Assembly: GCA_050633305.1 (NCBI GenBank)
Contig: JBOEGF010000021.1
Coordinates: 1-64,000, forward strand
Source of the DNA: Nannocystales bacterium
GTDB taxonomy: Bacteria > Myxococcota_A > Polyangia > Nannocystales > Nannocystaceae
Direction: 5' to 3'
DNA: 64,000 nucleotides
Shown here: piece by piece, positions 28,356 to 40,313 of the stretch
How the letters are laid out: every line of letters starts with the position of its first letter
How positions within the stretch are numbered: the first letter of the stretch is position 1
The notes under the pieces: generated by a model
Seen by the model: only the letters and a program-made list of their open reading frames with translations
Told to the model about the DNA's origin: nothing
The model's database searches: none
Translations under genes and position numbers: made by a program

Positions 28356-29833
28356 GGTTGTGGGCTTTCGGGTGCGGGGGGTGCAGGCCTGAGCACTGCG
28401 GGAAGCTCGGTGTCGGGGCCGAGCATCTGCCCCTGAATGTCGGAGCGGTCTCCGGACGCGCTGGTGACCTGCAGGGTCACTTCGAGTTGTCCTCGGTTCT
28501 TCAGGAACTCCACCGCCGGGGCGACCGACAGGACGGTGAAGGTCTTCATCTCGCCGGGGGCCAGCGTGGCCTCGAGTGTTTCGAGGACGGTGCCTTCAGG
28601 GGCGCCAGGGCCCAACTCGACCGTGAGCGTTTGCTCCTCGTCGGCTCGGTTGGTGAGCTTGATCTTCAGCGCGTTGCGGATCGATCCATCGTCGAGCACG
28701 GAAAACGGCTGGCCCTTGCTGCGCAATAGGACCGCGTCGAAGTCGGACTTGGTCCCCAACACGAAGGCGAAGAGTCCGGCGATCACCGCGAGGACCGCGG
28801 GGTAGATGATCGTACGCGGTCGCAGCAGCTTGCTCGGCGCACCGGCGTCGGCGGCCTGTGAGCTGTAGCGAATCAGGCCTGGCGCACGGTCGAGCTTCTT
28901 CATGACCGCGTCGCAGGCGTCCATGCATTGGGTGCAGTTGACGCACTCCATCTGCAGTCCTTTACGGATGTCGATACCCGTGGGGCACGTGGTCACGCAG
29001 AGCTTGCAGTCCACACAGTCGCCAATGGGGGGCTGGCCCGCGACCGGCAGGCTCTTCTTGCGCTTGCCGCGAGGCTCTCCTCGCTTGGCGTCGTAGGCGA
29101 CGATGCGGGAGTGGTCGTCGAGCAAGGCGGACTGCAGTCGCCCGTAGGGGCAGGCGATGATGCACAGCTGCTCTCGGAAGTAGCTGAAGTGGAACATCAT
29201 GGCGCCGGTGACGACGGCGACGATGATGAACCCCGCGGGGTGGTCGAACGGTGAGCCGAACACCCAGTCGTTGACCACGTCTGCGCCGACGAAGTAGGCG
29301 AGGAACGTGTTGGACAGGTGCAGCGAGATGAGGAAGTACGTGACGTACTTTCCCGCCTGGCGGAAGCCTGACGGCTTCTTTCGGGGGGCGCCGCCGCGAC
29401 CGACCGTCCCTTCGAAGAAGCGTTCGATCGGCCGGAAGAGGTACTCCATGTAGACGGTGTGCGGGCAAGCCCAGCCGCACCACACCCGACCGATCAACGC
29501 CGTGGCGAGCACCCCCGCGAGCAGGACGCCCACCATGAACAGTGCGAGCAGGAGGGTATCAGTCGGCAGAAACACGTACCCCAGGATGGAGAACCGACGA
29601 TGCGCCACATCGAGGAGCATCATCGGCCGACCCGCGATGCTCAGGTGCGGCAACAGGGCGTACAGAGCGATGAGCCCGTAGGCGACGATCCGGCGCTTTT
29701 GCCAGAACGCGCCCTTGCTGACCTTGGGCTTCAGCCATCGACGAGACCCGTCGTGCTCCAGGGTCGAGAGCACGTGTTCTTCGGGCGCCAGCAGGGCCGG
29801 CGCGTGGTCTTCGGGTTCGTGTGGCTGAGTCAT
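28352..29833 (-). CDS. ccoG: cbb3 accessory ferredoxin-like protein CcoG/FixG
   Basis: Motifs GRVWCGWACP, CIIACPYGR, CVDCKLCVTTCPTGIDIR and CVNCTQCMDAC. Confidence 0.95.
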   Translation of the reverse strand: MTQPHEPEDHAPALLAPEEHVLSTLEHDGSRRWLKPKVSKGAFWQKRRIVAYGLIALYALLPHLSIAGRPMMLLDVAHRRFSILGYVFLPTDTLLLALFMVGVLLAGVLATALIGRVWCGWACPHTVYMEYLFRPIERFFEGTVGRGGAPRKKPSGFRQAGKYVTYFLISLHLSNTFLAYFVGADVVNDWVFGSPFDHPAGFIIVAVVTGAMMFHFSYFREQLCIIACPYGRLQSALLDDHSRIVAYDAKRGEPRGKRKKSLPVAGQPPIGDCVDCKLCVTTCPTGIDIRKGLQMECVNCTQCMDACDAVMKKLDRAPGLIRYSSQAADAGAPSKLLRPRTIIYPAVLAVIAGLFAFVLGTKSDFDAVLLRSKGQPFSVLDDGSIRNALKIKLTNRADEEQTLTVELGPGAPEGTVLETLEATLAPGEMKTFTVLSVAPAVEFLKNRGQLEVTLQVTSASGDRSDIQGQMLGPDTELPAVLRPAPPAPESPQP

Positions 29834-29864
29834 CGTTCCGAACTCCGCATCATCGGGTCGGTCG

Positions 29865-30446
29865 CTACCGCGCCGCGTCCCAGGCGGGAATCGGCTTGCC
29901 CTCGGCGGCCTTACCACCTGGGGCGTTGGTGCCGCGTAGCGAGGCGACGTAGGCCGCGGTGAGGACGAGCTGGTTCACGTTGGTGATCCTGTTCTTCCAA
30001 GCGGGCATAGCACCGCCAGCGGCACCGTCCTCAATCACCTTCACAATGTCTTCGATATTGGTGATGTGCTTGTAGTGGTCGTCGGTGAGGTTGACACCGA
30101 CGAGTCCGCCGCCTTCCTTGCCATGGCAAGAGACGCAGTGAACCTGGAACGCGGCCCGACCTGCTGCGAGCCACTTCTTGTCGTCCTTGTACTTGAGCAA
30201 CGTCGCTCGGTCGGGCGTCAGCGTGCCGAGTTGGCCGAAGCGAAGCTCCATGACCTCGGCGGCTTCGGCGTCGTATTGGGAGATGTCGTCGAGTCCCTCG
30301 TCTCCCATGTGGAAGTAGACGACGTAGAAGACGGCGAAGACTGCCGACAGGGCGAAGACCGTGCTCCACCACCCTGGCAGAGGGTTGTCGTACTCCTCGA
30401 TGCCGTCGTACTCGTGGCCGGTGAGTTCGTTTTGAGGGGCGCTCAT
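29865..30446 (-). CDS. ccoP: cbb3 oxidase subunit III (monoheme)
   Basis: HEYDGIEEYDNPLPGWW, CVSCHG, MPAW. Confidence 0.93.
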   Translation of the reverse strand: MSAPQNELTGHEYDGIEEYDNPLPGWWSTVFALSAVFAVFYVVYFHMGDEGLDDISQYDAEAAEVMELRFGQLGTLTPDRATLLKYKDDKKWLAAGRAAFQVHCVSCHGKEGGGLVGVNLTDDHYKHITNIEDIVKVIEDGAAGGAMPAWKNRITNVNQLVLTAAYVASLRGTNAPGGKAAEGKPIPAWDAAR

Positions 30447-30615
30447 CGTTCGGGGCTCGTCTCGTCGTCGAGGACCAGGCGCGCTTGGTCGCGGGTCATT
30501 GCGTTGGATTGAAAAAGGGTGCGGATGGAGACCGCGATGAAGACTCCCGCGAAGATCAGCAGTGAGAGCTGTGCCCACTGGCTGAGGTCCACGAGGGTGA
30601 TGACTTCTTTGACCA

Positions 30616-30616
<1 letters not shown>
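30443..30616 (-). CDS. ccoQ: cbb3 oxidase subunit CcoQ-like
   Basis: Hand-translated 57 aa with one TM helix (MVKEVITLVDLSQWAQLSLLIFAGVFIAVSIRTLFQ...); overlaps the ccoNO stop and the ccoP start. Confidence 0.78.
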
Positions 30617-32967
<2,351 letters not shown>

Positions 32968-33057
32968 GGCGAGCGCTCGGGAGCTGCGTCCGTCCCCTCT
33001 ATAGACCGGTCTCGCGGGCCGGGATGCGCAAGAAAATCGGGGAGGTGGCGCACGCCA

Positions 33058-33072
33058 CTGCAGGATTTGCTG
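33058..33072. promoter_or_regulatory. Candidate operator GCA-N5-TGC upstream of ccoNO
   Basis: CTGCAGGATTTGCTG; one of five copies in this cluster. Confidence 0.45.
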
Positions 33073-33076
33073 GGGC

Positions 33077-33601
33077 TCAATGTGGGACGACGACGACCGG
33101 GCACGGTGCCTGCCGAACCAGCTTGTCGACGGTGCTTCCGATCACGAATCGAGTGATTCGGTTGCGTCCACTGGCAGCGGTCACGAGTGCATCCGCGGTG
33201 ACTTCGCGGACGTACTCGAGGACGACGTCGACGGGCCGACCGGGTGCCGAGTGGAACACCGGGTCGAGGCCAGGGCAGAAGCGTTGTGCAATGGTGCTGA
33301 GGACCGCGTGGGCCTGCTTCTTGGAGGCGGTGTGCAGCTGGTCGATGTCGGTCGGGATCAACATGCTTCCCGGGCCATGGATGGCGGCCGTTGGGCTCAG
33401 GTCCAGCGTGGCGTGCAACAGATGCACTTTTCCATCCTCTGCGACCATCTTGCAGGCCATGGCGAGGGCCGAGACGGTTGCTTCGTTGACGATGACCCAG
33501 TGGTCGTCGCGCACTTGGATGGCACGGTCGACGTTGAGCTCGTTGGGGCTGTCGGGCTCGAAGGTGACGGGAACGACGACGGTCTGAAGAGCGAGGCTCA
33601 T
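33077..33601 (-). CDS. Universal stress protein
   Basis: LLHA...G.P...ADALV...FVIGSTVDKLVRQAPCPVVVVP. Confidence 0.92.
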   Translation of the reverse strand: MSLALQTVVVPVTFEPDSPNELNVDRAIQVRDDHWVIVNEATVSALAMACKMVAEDGKVHLLHATLDLSPTAAIHGPGSMLIPTDIDQLHTASKKQAHAVLSTIAQRFCPGLDPVFHSAPGRPVDVVLEYVREVTADALVTAASGRNRITRFVIGSTVDKLVRQAPCPVVVVPH

Positions 33602-33635
33602 GCTCTGTGTATGCCTGCGGTGCACCGTCCCAGAA

Positions 33636-33650
33636 CGGCAAAACCTGCGC
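33636..33650. promoter_or_regulatory. Candidate operator GCA-N5-TGC upstream of the first usp gene
   Basis: CGGCAAAACCTGCGC. Confidence 0.5.
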
Positions 33651-33694
33651 GGTCGGCAGCTGCTTCGGCCGTTTCCGTAGAGGTCGCTCAATTG

Positions 33695-33732
33695 CCTATC
33701 GACGCAAACGGCGGAGCGGTCGCGTCGATAGG
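33695..33732. terminator. Inverted repeat downstream of the CBS gene (possible terminator or hairpin)
   Basis: CCTATCGACGC-N16-GCGTCGATAGG with perfect 11-bp arms; no strong U-tract. Confidence 0.45.
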
Positions 33733-33774
33733 AAGGAACGCCGAGCGGGTCGGCTGCGCGGGGGTTGAGGACGC

Positions 33775-34302
33775 TCAGACCCCGACGTGGCCGGTCAAAC
33801 CCGACGCGGCGCGCACGCTGTCGCTGACGCGGACATTGTGCCGTGCGATGGGGCCGGCCTCGTCGTGGGGGACGATGTGGGTCGGTGGCGAGAGCGGCTC
33901 GGCAAGCTTTCCTTGGAGCAGTGACCGCACCGCTCGCAACGCGTCGATCGTCGTGAAAATGCCGACTGCGCGGTCTCCATCGCGGACAATGGTGCAGCCG
34001 ATCTTCTTGGCTTCCATCGACGAGACAACCTCTTCGAGGCTGGTGGTGGGCTCGCAGCTGAAGACGTCGGTGTGCATCGCGTCGGCGATCGTCGTGACCT
34101 CTCGCTTCCGGGCGCTGGCCTCAGCGACGTCGATGTCGCGCTGACTCAGAACGCCCACAACCATGGGGCCGCGGGTGATGAGCAAGTGGCGGATCTTGTT
34201 GGCCGACATGCGGTCCCGGGCGTCCGCGAGCGACAGGTCCACGTCGGCGCAGCAGACAACCGGGGTCATGAAGTCCGAGATGGTCCAGGTGGGAGCGTTC
34301 AT
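33775..34302 (-). CDS. CBS domain pair protein
   Basis: DFMT...IRHLLI...VGVLSQRD and AM...KKIGC...VGIFTTIDAL. Confidence 0.9.
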   Translation of the reverse strand: MNAPTWTISDFMTPVVCCADVDLSLADARDRMSANKIRHLLITRGPMVVGVLSQRDIDVAEASARKREVTTIADAMHTDVFSCEPTTSLEEVVSSMEAKKIGCTIVRDGDRAVGIFTTIDALRAVRSLLQGKLAEPLSPPTHIVPHDEAGPIARHNVRVSDSVRAASGLTGHVGV

Positions 34303-34367
34303 GCCCCTACCTTGCGACAAGTGCCCGTGCGGCCCAGCGCATTCATCGCGGCGGCTCCGCTCCGAGA

Positions 34368-34407
34368 GCGCAAGAATTGCCGGCTGGATATGACGCACCA
34401 ATTGCCG
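34368..34407. promoter_or_regulatory. Tandem candidate operators in the divergent CBS/usp promoter
   Basis: GCGCAAGAATTGCCG and ACGCACCAATTGCCG, starting 25 bp apart. Confidence 0.55.
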
Positions 34408-34446
34408 GCGTCTGTGAGGCGGGGATGTCCACAGTTGAGGTGCCGC

Positions 34447-34983
34447 ATGAACCTTCTGTCTTCCATCGACTCCATTCTCGTGCCCATCGCGTTCGAGTCG
34501 CCGCTCGCGGCAACGCCGGAGTCCGCCCTTGCGGTCGACTTCGAGGCTGGAGAGCACGTCACGATCACCAAGTCCGCCGCCCGAGCGCTGCAGGTCGCGG
34601 AAAACCTGGTGGGCGACGGTGTGCTCCACCTCGTGCACGCGACACCTGGGCTCGGAGGAATGTCGAGGTACGGGGGCATGCAGGGCGCGTGGTTGTCGGT
34701 CTCCGCGGCGGCGGAGGTGGACAAGGCGGCGCATGAGTATGCTTCTCGGGTGCTTGCGGGGCTGGCCAAGGGGCTGTGCCCGGAGGCGAAGGTCGAAGTC
34801 CACGCAGGACCGGGCCGGCCCTCGGATGTGATCCTCAACGTAGCCTCCCGTGTTCAGCCGGACTTGATCGTGCTCGCTGCGAGCGATCACGGCCGTGTTC
34901 GGCGCGCGTTCGGAAGCACGGCGGACCGCCTCGTGCACGAGGCCCGAGGAATGGTCCTCGTCGTCCCACCAGATCCGGGCTGA
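34447..34983 (+). CDS. Universal stress protein
   Basis: ILVPI...LHLVHA...GRPSDVIL...DLIVL...FGSTADRLV...VLVVP. Confidence 0.9.
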   Translation: MNLLSSIDSILVPIAFESPLAATPESALAVDFEAGEHVTITKSAARALQVAENLVGDGVLHLVHATPGLGGMSRYGGMQGAWLSVSAAAEVDKAAHEYASRVLAGLAKGLCPEAKVEVHAGPGRPSDVILNVASRVQPDLIVLAASDHGRVRRAFGSTADRLVHEARGMVLVVPPDPG

Positions 34984-35011
34984 GCTCGGTGCGGACTCTC
35001 GCCGAGAGACC

Positions 35012-35992
35012 CTACTCGGGATGCGGTGCGCTGATCTGCCGAGGCTCGAAGGGAGCCAACGCCGTGAAGGCCTCGCTACGCCGCTCGCACGCCTTCACCG
35101 CACACTCCCGACAGCAGCGGGGCACGCAGGGTTCGAGTTGAACCTGGACCTCGCTCGGAACCGTGAACACCGACGCGATCCGGGCTTCGGTCTGCTCCTG
35201 GAGTGCGCGCCCGCGCTCCAGCGTCCACATCCAGGGAGCCCGCGCGTGCAGTAGGACGACGACGTTCGACGTCGCGTCCAAGACCCTGAGGTCGTGTGGC
35301 TCGAGCAGCCCCTCGAGCGGTGGCTGGCGGAGCGCGGCCGCGATACGCTCGGTGTACTCGGGGCTGCGGGTGTCGAGGAGGCCTCGTGCAGCTCCCGAGA
35401 CCACGCTTGTCCCCGTGTAGGCGATCCAGAGTGCGAGGAGGCAGGCCGCAGCGGGATCGATCCAAACGAGCCCGGTGAGTTCGACGAGTCCGACTGCCGC
35501 CAGGACCCCAACCGTGCTGACGGCATCGGTCAGCAGGTGTCGGCCGTCCGCGACAAGTGCGGGGGACCCGGTACGACCGCCGGTGCGGATCAAGAGGCCA
35601 CCAAACACTCCGTTGCCTACCGCAGTGAGCCCGACGAGCAGAGTTCCCCACCCGAGGTGTTCGATCGGCTGGGGTGCGAACACGGCGGGGATGGCGTTCC
35701 AGGCGATGATGAACGCCGCAGCGAGCAGGAGCGCGCCCTCAAACGCGGCGGCGAGGAGCTCTGCCTTGCCGTGACCGAAGGGGTGCTCCGCATCGGCGGG
35801 TTCGGCCGCGCTGCGGACCGCCAACAGCATCACGCTCGCGGCCACCACGTTGACCACCGACTCGGCGGCATCGGAGAGCACGGCGCTGGACCCGGTGAGC
35901 CACGCCGCGACCATCTTTAACGCAAGCAGACCCAGCGCCACGGCGACGGCAAGCCGGGCCCAACGCAAGGAGGCCTGGTGCGTTTGGGTCAC
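35012..35992 (-). CDS. Cation diffusion facilitator (FieF-like)
   Basis: Motifs SDAAES, PADAEHPFGHGKAE, ADGRHLLTD and WIDP; Cys-rich tail. Confidence 0.93.
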   Translation of the reverse strand: MTQTHQASLRWARLAVAVALGLLALKMVAAWLTGSSAVLSDAAESVVNVVAASVMLLAVRSAAEPADAEHPFGHGKAELLAAAFEGALLLAAAFIIAWNAIPAVFAPQPIEHLGWGTLLVGLTAVGNGVFGGLLIRTGGRTGSPALVADGRHLLTDAVSTVGVLAAVGLVELTGLVWIDPAAACLLALWIAYTGTSVVSGAARGLLDTRSPEYTERIAAALRQPPLEGLLEPHDLRVLDATSNVVVLLHARAPWMWTLERGRALQEQTEARIASVFTVPSEVQVQLEPCVPRCCRECAVKACERRSEAFTALAPFEPRQISAPHPE

Positions 35993-36873
35993 TGGGCGGG
36001 TCCGAAGTCGGGGGGCACGACCGCGACCGGGACCGGAGCGAACGAGGCGAGTTCTCCTCCGACGCTGGCGGTGAAGATGCGCTCGGTCCGGGAGAGCCTT
36101 CGCGATCCGCAAACGATCATGGCAGCTTGGACGTCGTCTGCGACCTCCAGGAGTGCAGGGACGGTCGCGCCGACCTCGGAGCGGGGGGTCAGCGAGGCGC
36201 GTCCGTGTTCGGCCAGGAACGAGACCAGCTTGTCGGCTTCCTCTCGTCGGTATCGTTCACGCAGCGCGACGTAGTCCGCGTCGGGGAGCGTTGCCCACCC
36301 CAGGCCCCCGGGTCCTTGGAGGGCCTGCACGGCGAGAAGGGGGCGACCGACGGAGGTCGCGAGTGCTTCGCCGAAGCTCAATGCGGCGAGGGACGCTTCT
36401 GTGGCGTCTACCGCGACCATGACGGGGCCCACGCCAGCGGTGGCGGCCGTCCAGTCGGTGGGGACGACGACGGTGGGGCTGTGAAGTTGTCGTAGGGTTC
36501 GCCGGGCGATCCGTCCCAGTCGGACGAGGCTCCTGTTTTCGCGCGGAGCCTTGCGGCCCAAGAGCAGCGTGGCCCCCTCGTGTCCGGCGGTTTGGGACAG
36601 CGTCCTTGCGACGTCGGTCGAGAGCTCCGCGCGGACACCTCCGATGGCGGCGGATGCCGGGGAGCGCTCGACGAAGGCTTGCGTGGCCTGCTCGACGCGG
36701 CCGAGCATGTCGGCGGGGTCCGGTCCCGCGAACATGCCGGCGCGGTCGCGCAGAACCGCGAGCGCGGTCGCTGGGTTCGCACCTGGTTCGTGGGCATGCT
36801 CGCCAAGCCACGCCGCGAACTCCAGGGCGCCCAGGCAATCGTCTCGCAGGTTCGTGGCAACGATCCACTTCAT
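35989..36873 (-). CDS. Tandem-domain universal stress protein
   Basis: Two USP units: LGRIARRTLR...PTVVVP and SVGGELASFAPVPVAVVP. Confidence 0.88.
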   Translation of the reverse strand: MKWIVATNLRDDCLGALEFAAWLGEHAHEPGANPATALAVLRDRAGMFAGPDPADMLGRVEQATQAFVERSPASAAIGGVRAELSTDVARTLSQTAGHEGATLLLGRKAPRENRSLVRLGRIARRTLRQLHSPTVVVPTDWTAATAGVGPVMVAVDATEASLAALSFGEALATSVGRPLLAVQALQGPGGLGWATLPDADYVALRERYRREEADKLVSFLAEHGRASLTPRSEVGATVPALLEVADDVQAAMIVCGSRRLSRTERIFTASVGGELASFAPVPVAVVPPDFGPAQ

Positions 36874-36907
36874 CCGCTCAATATGAGCCCGGGCGCGCAT
36901 CGCCGGC

Positions 36908-36922
36908 GCGCAAGCTCTGCGC
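36908..36922. promoter_or_regulatory. Candidate operator GCA-N5-TGC upstream of the usp-CDF genes
   Basis: GCGCAAGCTCTGCGC (arms are palindromic). Confidence 0.5.
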
Positions 36923-36924
36923 CC

Positions 36925-37401
36925 TCAGGTCCGGGCCGACATCAGAGCTTCAACAGATTCGGCCAGTGTTTCGGGGGTCCAAGCGCCCTCTGGCAGGAAT
37001 GGGGGCAGCCAGGCTGCAGCCTCCTCGATCGAGGCCAGCATGCGCGTGGGACGTGGAGGTCTGCCGAGCAGCAAGAAGGTGTTGATGAAGGACCGAACCG
37101 CGATACCGGCGAATCCGGTCATCAAGATCACGTGGGCGCGTGCGACCTGGAACAGCATGGGGTCCCGCGTCAGTTCCACGGAGATCCGGCGGACGTCGTC
37201 GGAGAAGCTGGGCGTGCCGTCTGCCGCGATGTTGACCAAGGCGGCGGGCCCATGACTCGACTCGAACGCTCGGCCATGCTCGGCCATCGCCTCCATCTGC
37301 GAGAGCTGCGGGGCGCCGTCCCACACCGCGACGAACAGGTGGTCGAGCCCAAAGAATGTGACGCGCTCATCCCGAAACAACGGCGCGGGGCTGCGGCTCA
37401 C
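36925..37401 (-). CDS. Myxobacterial STAS/SpoIIAA-like hypothetical protein
   Basis: 158 aa with a GF...AVRS...EAAAWL pattern. Confidence 0.6.
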   Translation of the reverse strand: MSRSPAPLFRDERVTFFGLDHLFVAVWDGAPQLSQMEAMAEHGRAFESSHGPAALVNIAADGTPSFSDDVRRISVELTRDPMLFQVARAHVILMTGFAGIAVRSFINTFLLLGRPPRPTRMLASIEEAAAWLPPFLPEGAWTPETLAESVEALMSART

Positions 37402-37507
37402 GAGGTTGAGGGTACCCGGCTCGTGGGGAAGGCGGAGGGCCGACCTGCGCCTGACTCGACTGCTTTTTTGGGCCGTATCTGCGCGGGTGTCGTGGTACGC
37501 GGCTCGG

Positions 37508-38917
37508 CTAGCTGGATGAACTGACTCGTCGGATTCGAACCGTGACGTCGTGAGCGGGGGGGTAGATCCCCAACCCAGCCCGGCTGAACTCGAACGACGG
37601 GTCGGGGTCGGATCCCAGCTCGATGTCCCAGTGGGTCAGGACCGTCGTCATGAAGAGCTTGATCTCGTTGATCGCGAAGAATCGACCCGGGCACATGCTC
37701 GACCCGGCTCCGAAAGGCATCAGCGGCAGGGGGACGCGTTGGCCGTTCTTGTAGAATTGCTTGCGTCCTCCCTCGCCATGGAACCGGTCGTACTTGTACG
37801 TGAGCGGATCCTCGAACACGTCGGGGTCGCGGTGGGTGATGAAGGGAGCCAGACACACCCGGTCGCCTTTGCGGAGCGAGTACGTGCCGCCTTCGGTCTC
37901 GAGTGAGAAATCCTCGAGGGCTTCACGAACGGTGAGCGAGCCGCTGCTCAGTCGGAGCGCTTCTCGGATGGCGCTGTCGAGGATCTTGAGCGCATCCAGG
38001 TCGCAGGCTTTCGGGCCCCCTTGCGCGCTGCTGTGTTCCTTGACCTCCGCAAGCACCGCGGCGAGGCCTTCCGGGTTGCGCAGCAGCCAGTACAGCGTCC
38101 AGAACGTGGACGGAATGGTGTTGGCATGAATCGCCCACAGGGCAGGTAGTCGCATGTGGCCGCGCTGGGCAGGTGGAAGCGCATCGATGAATGGCTGCCG
38201 ATCGCGGATCCAATGGCTGGGATCCTTTCCCGGCAGCTTTGCCTGCCCGAGTCGTCCGAGTGCCTCGTGTCCGGCCCGTACCAGCGGACGCGGAAGCCCT
38301 GCGACCAACATCGGAAACTGCCGATCGAAGACTTCGAAGTCAGCTCGAAGCTCTTCGGTGACGATCCCTCCACCAAACAGCGCCTCGGTCCCAGCCCGAA
38401 ACATGATGTCCCAGATCATGTCGTACAGCTGGGCGTCCTTCCATGAGTCGGAGACAGCCTGTGGAATCAGGTCTTCGAGCCTGTCTCCCATGTTCGAGGA
38501 GAGTTCCTCGAGTCGCTCGCCCCGCAGCCGGGTTCGGCCGATGGTCTCGATCTCCTCCATGTCGAGCTTGTCGCGCGCATCGGGGAGGTTGAACGCTCGT
38601 GCGAGGATCCCGTCGCTGACCGGGTGAAAGCTCAGCTGCTTGGCCTTGAGTACAGCCGGCGTGCTCAACGGGTCGAGGACGAATGTCATCCGATCGCCAG
38701 CGATGAACAATGTGAAGACATCGCCATGTGCGGCTTGGCATCGCTGCACGAATGAGGTGGCGTCTTTCCCGAACGCAACTGCGACACCCATGTAGGGGAT
38801 CACACCGCGTACCAAGGGGGGCTCACCGTCGCGGCGGCGTCCGTTGGCGGCCTGCAGAGCGGCCCAGTAGCCCAAAGGGGCGAGCATCGAAGCCCCGATC
38901 GCGAGCAACGCGGACAC
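37508..38917 (-). CDS. Cytochrome P450, CYP7-like
   Basis: GEPP hinge, I-helix WAIHANTIPSTFW, EALR, heme motif PFGAGSSMCPGRFFA. Confidence 0.95.
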   Translation of the reverse strand: MSALLAIGASMLAPLGYWAALQAANGRRRDGEPPLVRGVIPYMGVAVAFGKDATSFVQRCQAAHGDVFTLFIAGDRMTFVLDPLSTPAVLKAKQLSFHPVSDGILARAFNLPDARDKLDMEEIETIGRTRLRGERLEELSSNMGDRLEDLIPQAVSDSWKDAQLYDMIWDIMFRAGTEALFGGGIVTEELRADFEVFDRQFPMLVAGLPRPLVRAGHEALGRLGQAKLPGKDPSHWIRDRQPFIDALPPAQRGHMRLPALWAIHANTIPSTFWTLYWLLRNPEGLAAVLAEVKEHSSAQGGPKACDLDALKILDSAIREALRLSSGSLTVREALEDFSLETEGGTYSLRKGDRVCLAPFITHRDPDVFEDPLTYKYDRFHGEGGRKQFYKNGQRVPLPLMPFGAGSSMCPGRFFAINEIKLFMTTVLTHWDIELGSDPDPSFEFSRAGLGIYPPAHDVTVRIRRVSSSS

Positions 38918-38951
38918 AAGCTTCGAATAGCACAGAGCGCTCGCGCTCGCC

Positions 38952-40313
38952 TCAACCTGCCGGTGGGTTCACTACGAGGTTGAGTCCAAACCCGGTCATG
39001 TCCGAGTATGTATAGGGATCGTCGAGGTCGTCGACGACAAGCTCAGTCGCGAATGTATCCGGGTTGATCTTGAACGCCGAGTCCACCGTCTGATCGACGA
39101 CCCAGATGAAGCCCTCGACGTCGATCGAGATGCCCACCGGTGTTGCGCAGCCGGGAAGCTCGATCGCCTCGGCCATGACATCGCCGGTGACCGTGTCGAT
39201 GAGGCCTAGGCCGCAACCGTTGGACGGACCGGTGTCGTCGACGGCGATCCAGGCCCGGTTGTCCCGATCGATCATCATGCCGCGCATCAGCTGGTTGCCG
39301 GTCTCGATCGTCTGCCACTGGGTCGTGCCGACGTCGTACTTCATCGCGACGCCGCGAGAGGTGAGCCACGGGTTTCCGAGCTGGTCGAGCGCCATTCCGT
39401 ACGAGAGCATCGGGTCCTTGCCCGGCTGGGGGGGAAGCTCGATGCGCTCGACCTCGAGGGTTTCGGAGTCGATTCGAATGAGGGGGCCCAGCTGCCAGCC
39501 GAGCACCCAGAAGTCTCCGTCGCGGTTCACCGCACCGCCGTAGGGGCCGTAGTCCAGGGCGTTCCACGGGATGTCGACCGTGTCTTGTATCTGCCCCGTG
39601 GCGCCGTCGAGTCGGTGGACACGCGCGACGTTGTCTTCGAATGCGTACCAGCCGACCCACAGTCGCGGGTTGGGGTCGGGGTCGCCGTTCTTCGTGAGCG
39701 TTCCTTCCCAGGCCGTGGGGCGCGGGCCGTGCTCGAAGATGTCGCTGGGGATCAGCAGGTTCCACGCGACGCACTCGTCCTCGCCCCAGGCCAACACATT
39801 GTCGGGTCCGTTCGAGGTCTCGATGCTGCCGTTGCCATTGCGGTCCTCGCAGTCTTCGACGCGTGTCACGATTTTTGTGACACCGCCGAACCCACCGATT
39901 TCACTGCCACGGTTGGAGACCGCTACATCGCCGAGCAGGTTGACCGAAGTTCGGGAGGGCTCCGCCTGGTCGTTGGGCCCCGTCTCGTAGCGTGCGACCT
40001 CTTCGCCGGTTTGCGTATCGATCTTCGAGACGGTCCCTGGATCCGAGTTGGCGATCCAGATGTAGCTGAACTCCACCTCGAGCGGAGGCTCGGGACCGGT
40101 GTCGGTATCCTCGCCGACGTCGAGTTTGTCTCCCGTGTCATCGCCGAGGGTGGGGTCCGTGCTGGTCGAAGGGGTGGAGGAACTCGTCGGGTTGTTGGTG
40201 GGGTTGGTCTGGGACTCCGCGACCTCGTCTTCACGCGGAGGCTCCGCGCAGCCCGCCAGCGCCGCTGCCATCAAAACCGCCCCTATTCGCACCCTTCCGT
40301 TCAAATCCTGCAT
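38952..40313 (-). CDS. Beta-propeller lipoprotein (Vgb-like)
   Basis: Lipobox LAG-C; IWIANS.GTVSKIDT, PSRTSV, YG.A.D repeats, PYTYSDMTG. Confidence 0.8.
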   Translation of the reverse strand: MQDLNGRVRIGAVLMAAALAGCAEPPREDEVAESQTNPTNNPTSSSTPSTSTDPTLGDDTGDKLDVGEDTDTGPEPPLEVEFSYIWIANSDPGTVSKIDTQTGEEVARYETGPNDQAEPSRTSVNLLGDVAVSNRGSEIGGFGGVTKIVTRVEDCEDRNGNGSIETSNGPDNVLAWGEDECVAWNLLIPSDIFEHGPRPTAWEGTLTKNGDPDPNPRLWVGWYAFEDNVARVHRLDGATGQIQDTVDIPWNALDYGPYGGAVNRDGDFWVLGWQLGPLIRIDSETLEVERIELPPQPGKDPMLSYGMALDQLGNPWLTSRGVAMKYDVGTTQWQTIETGNQLMRGMMIDRDNRAWIAVDDTGPSNGCGLGLIDTVTGDVMAEAIELPGCATPVGISIDVEGFIWVVDQTVDSAFKINPDTFATELVVDDLDDPYTYSDMTGFGLNLVVNPPAG

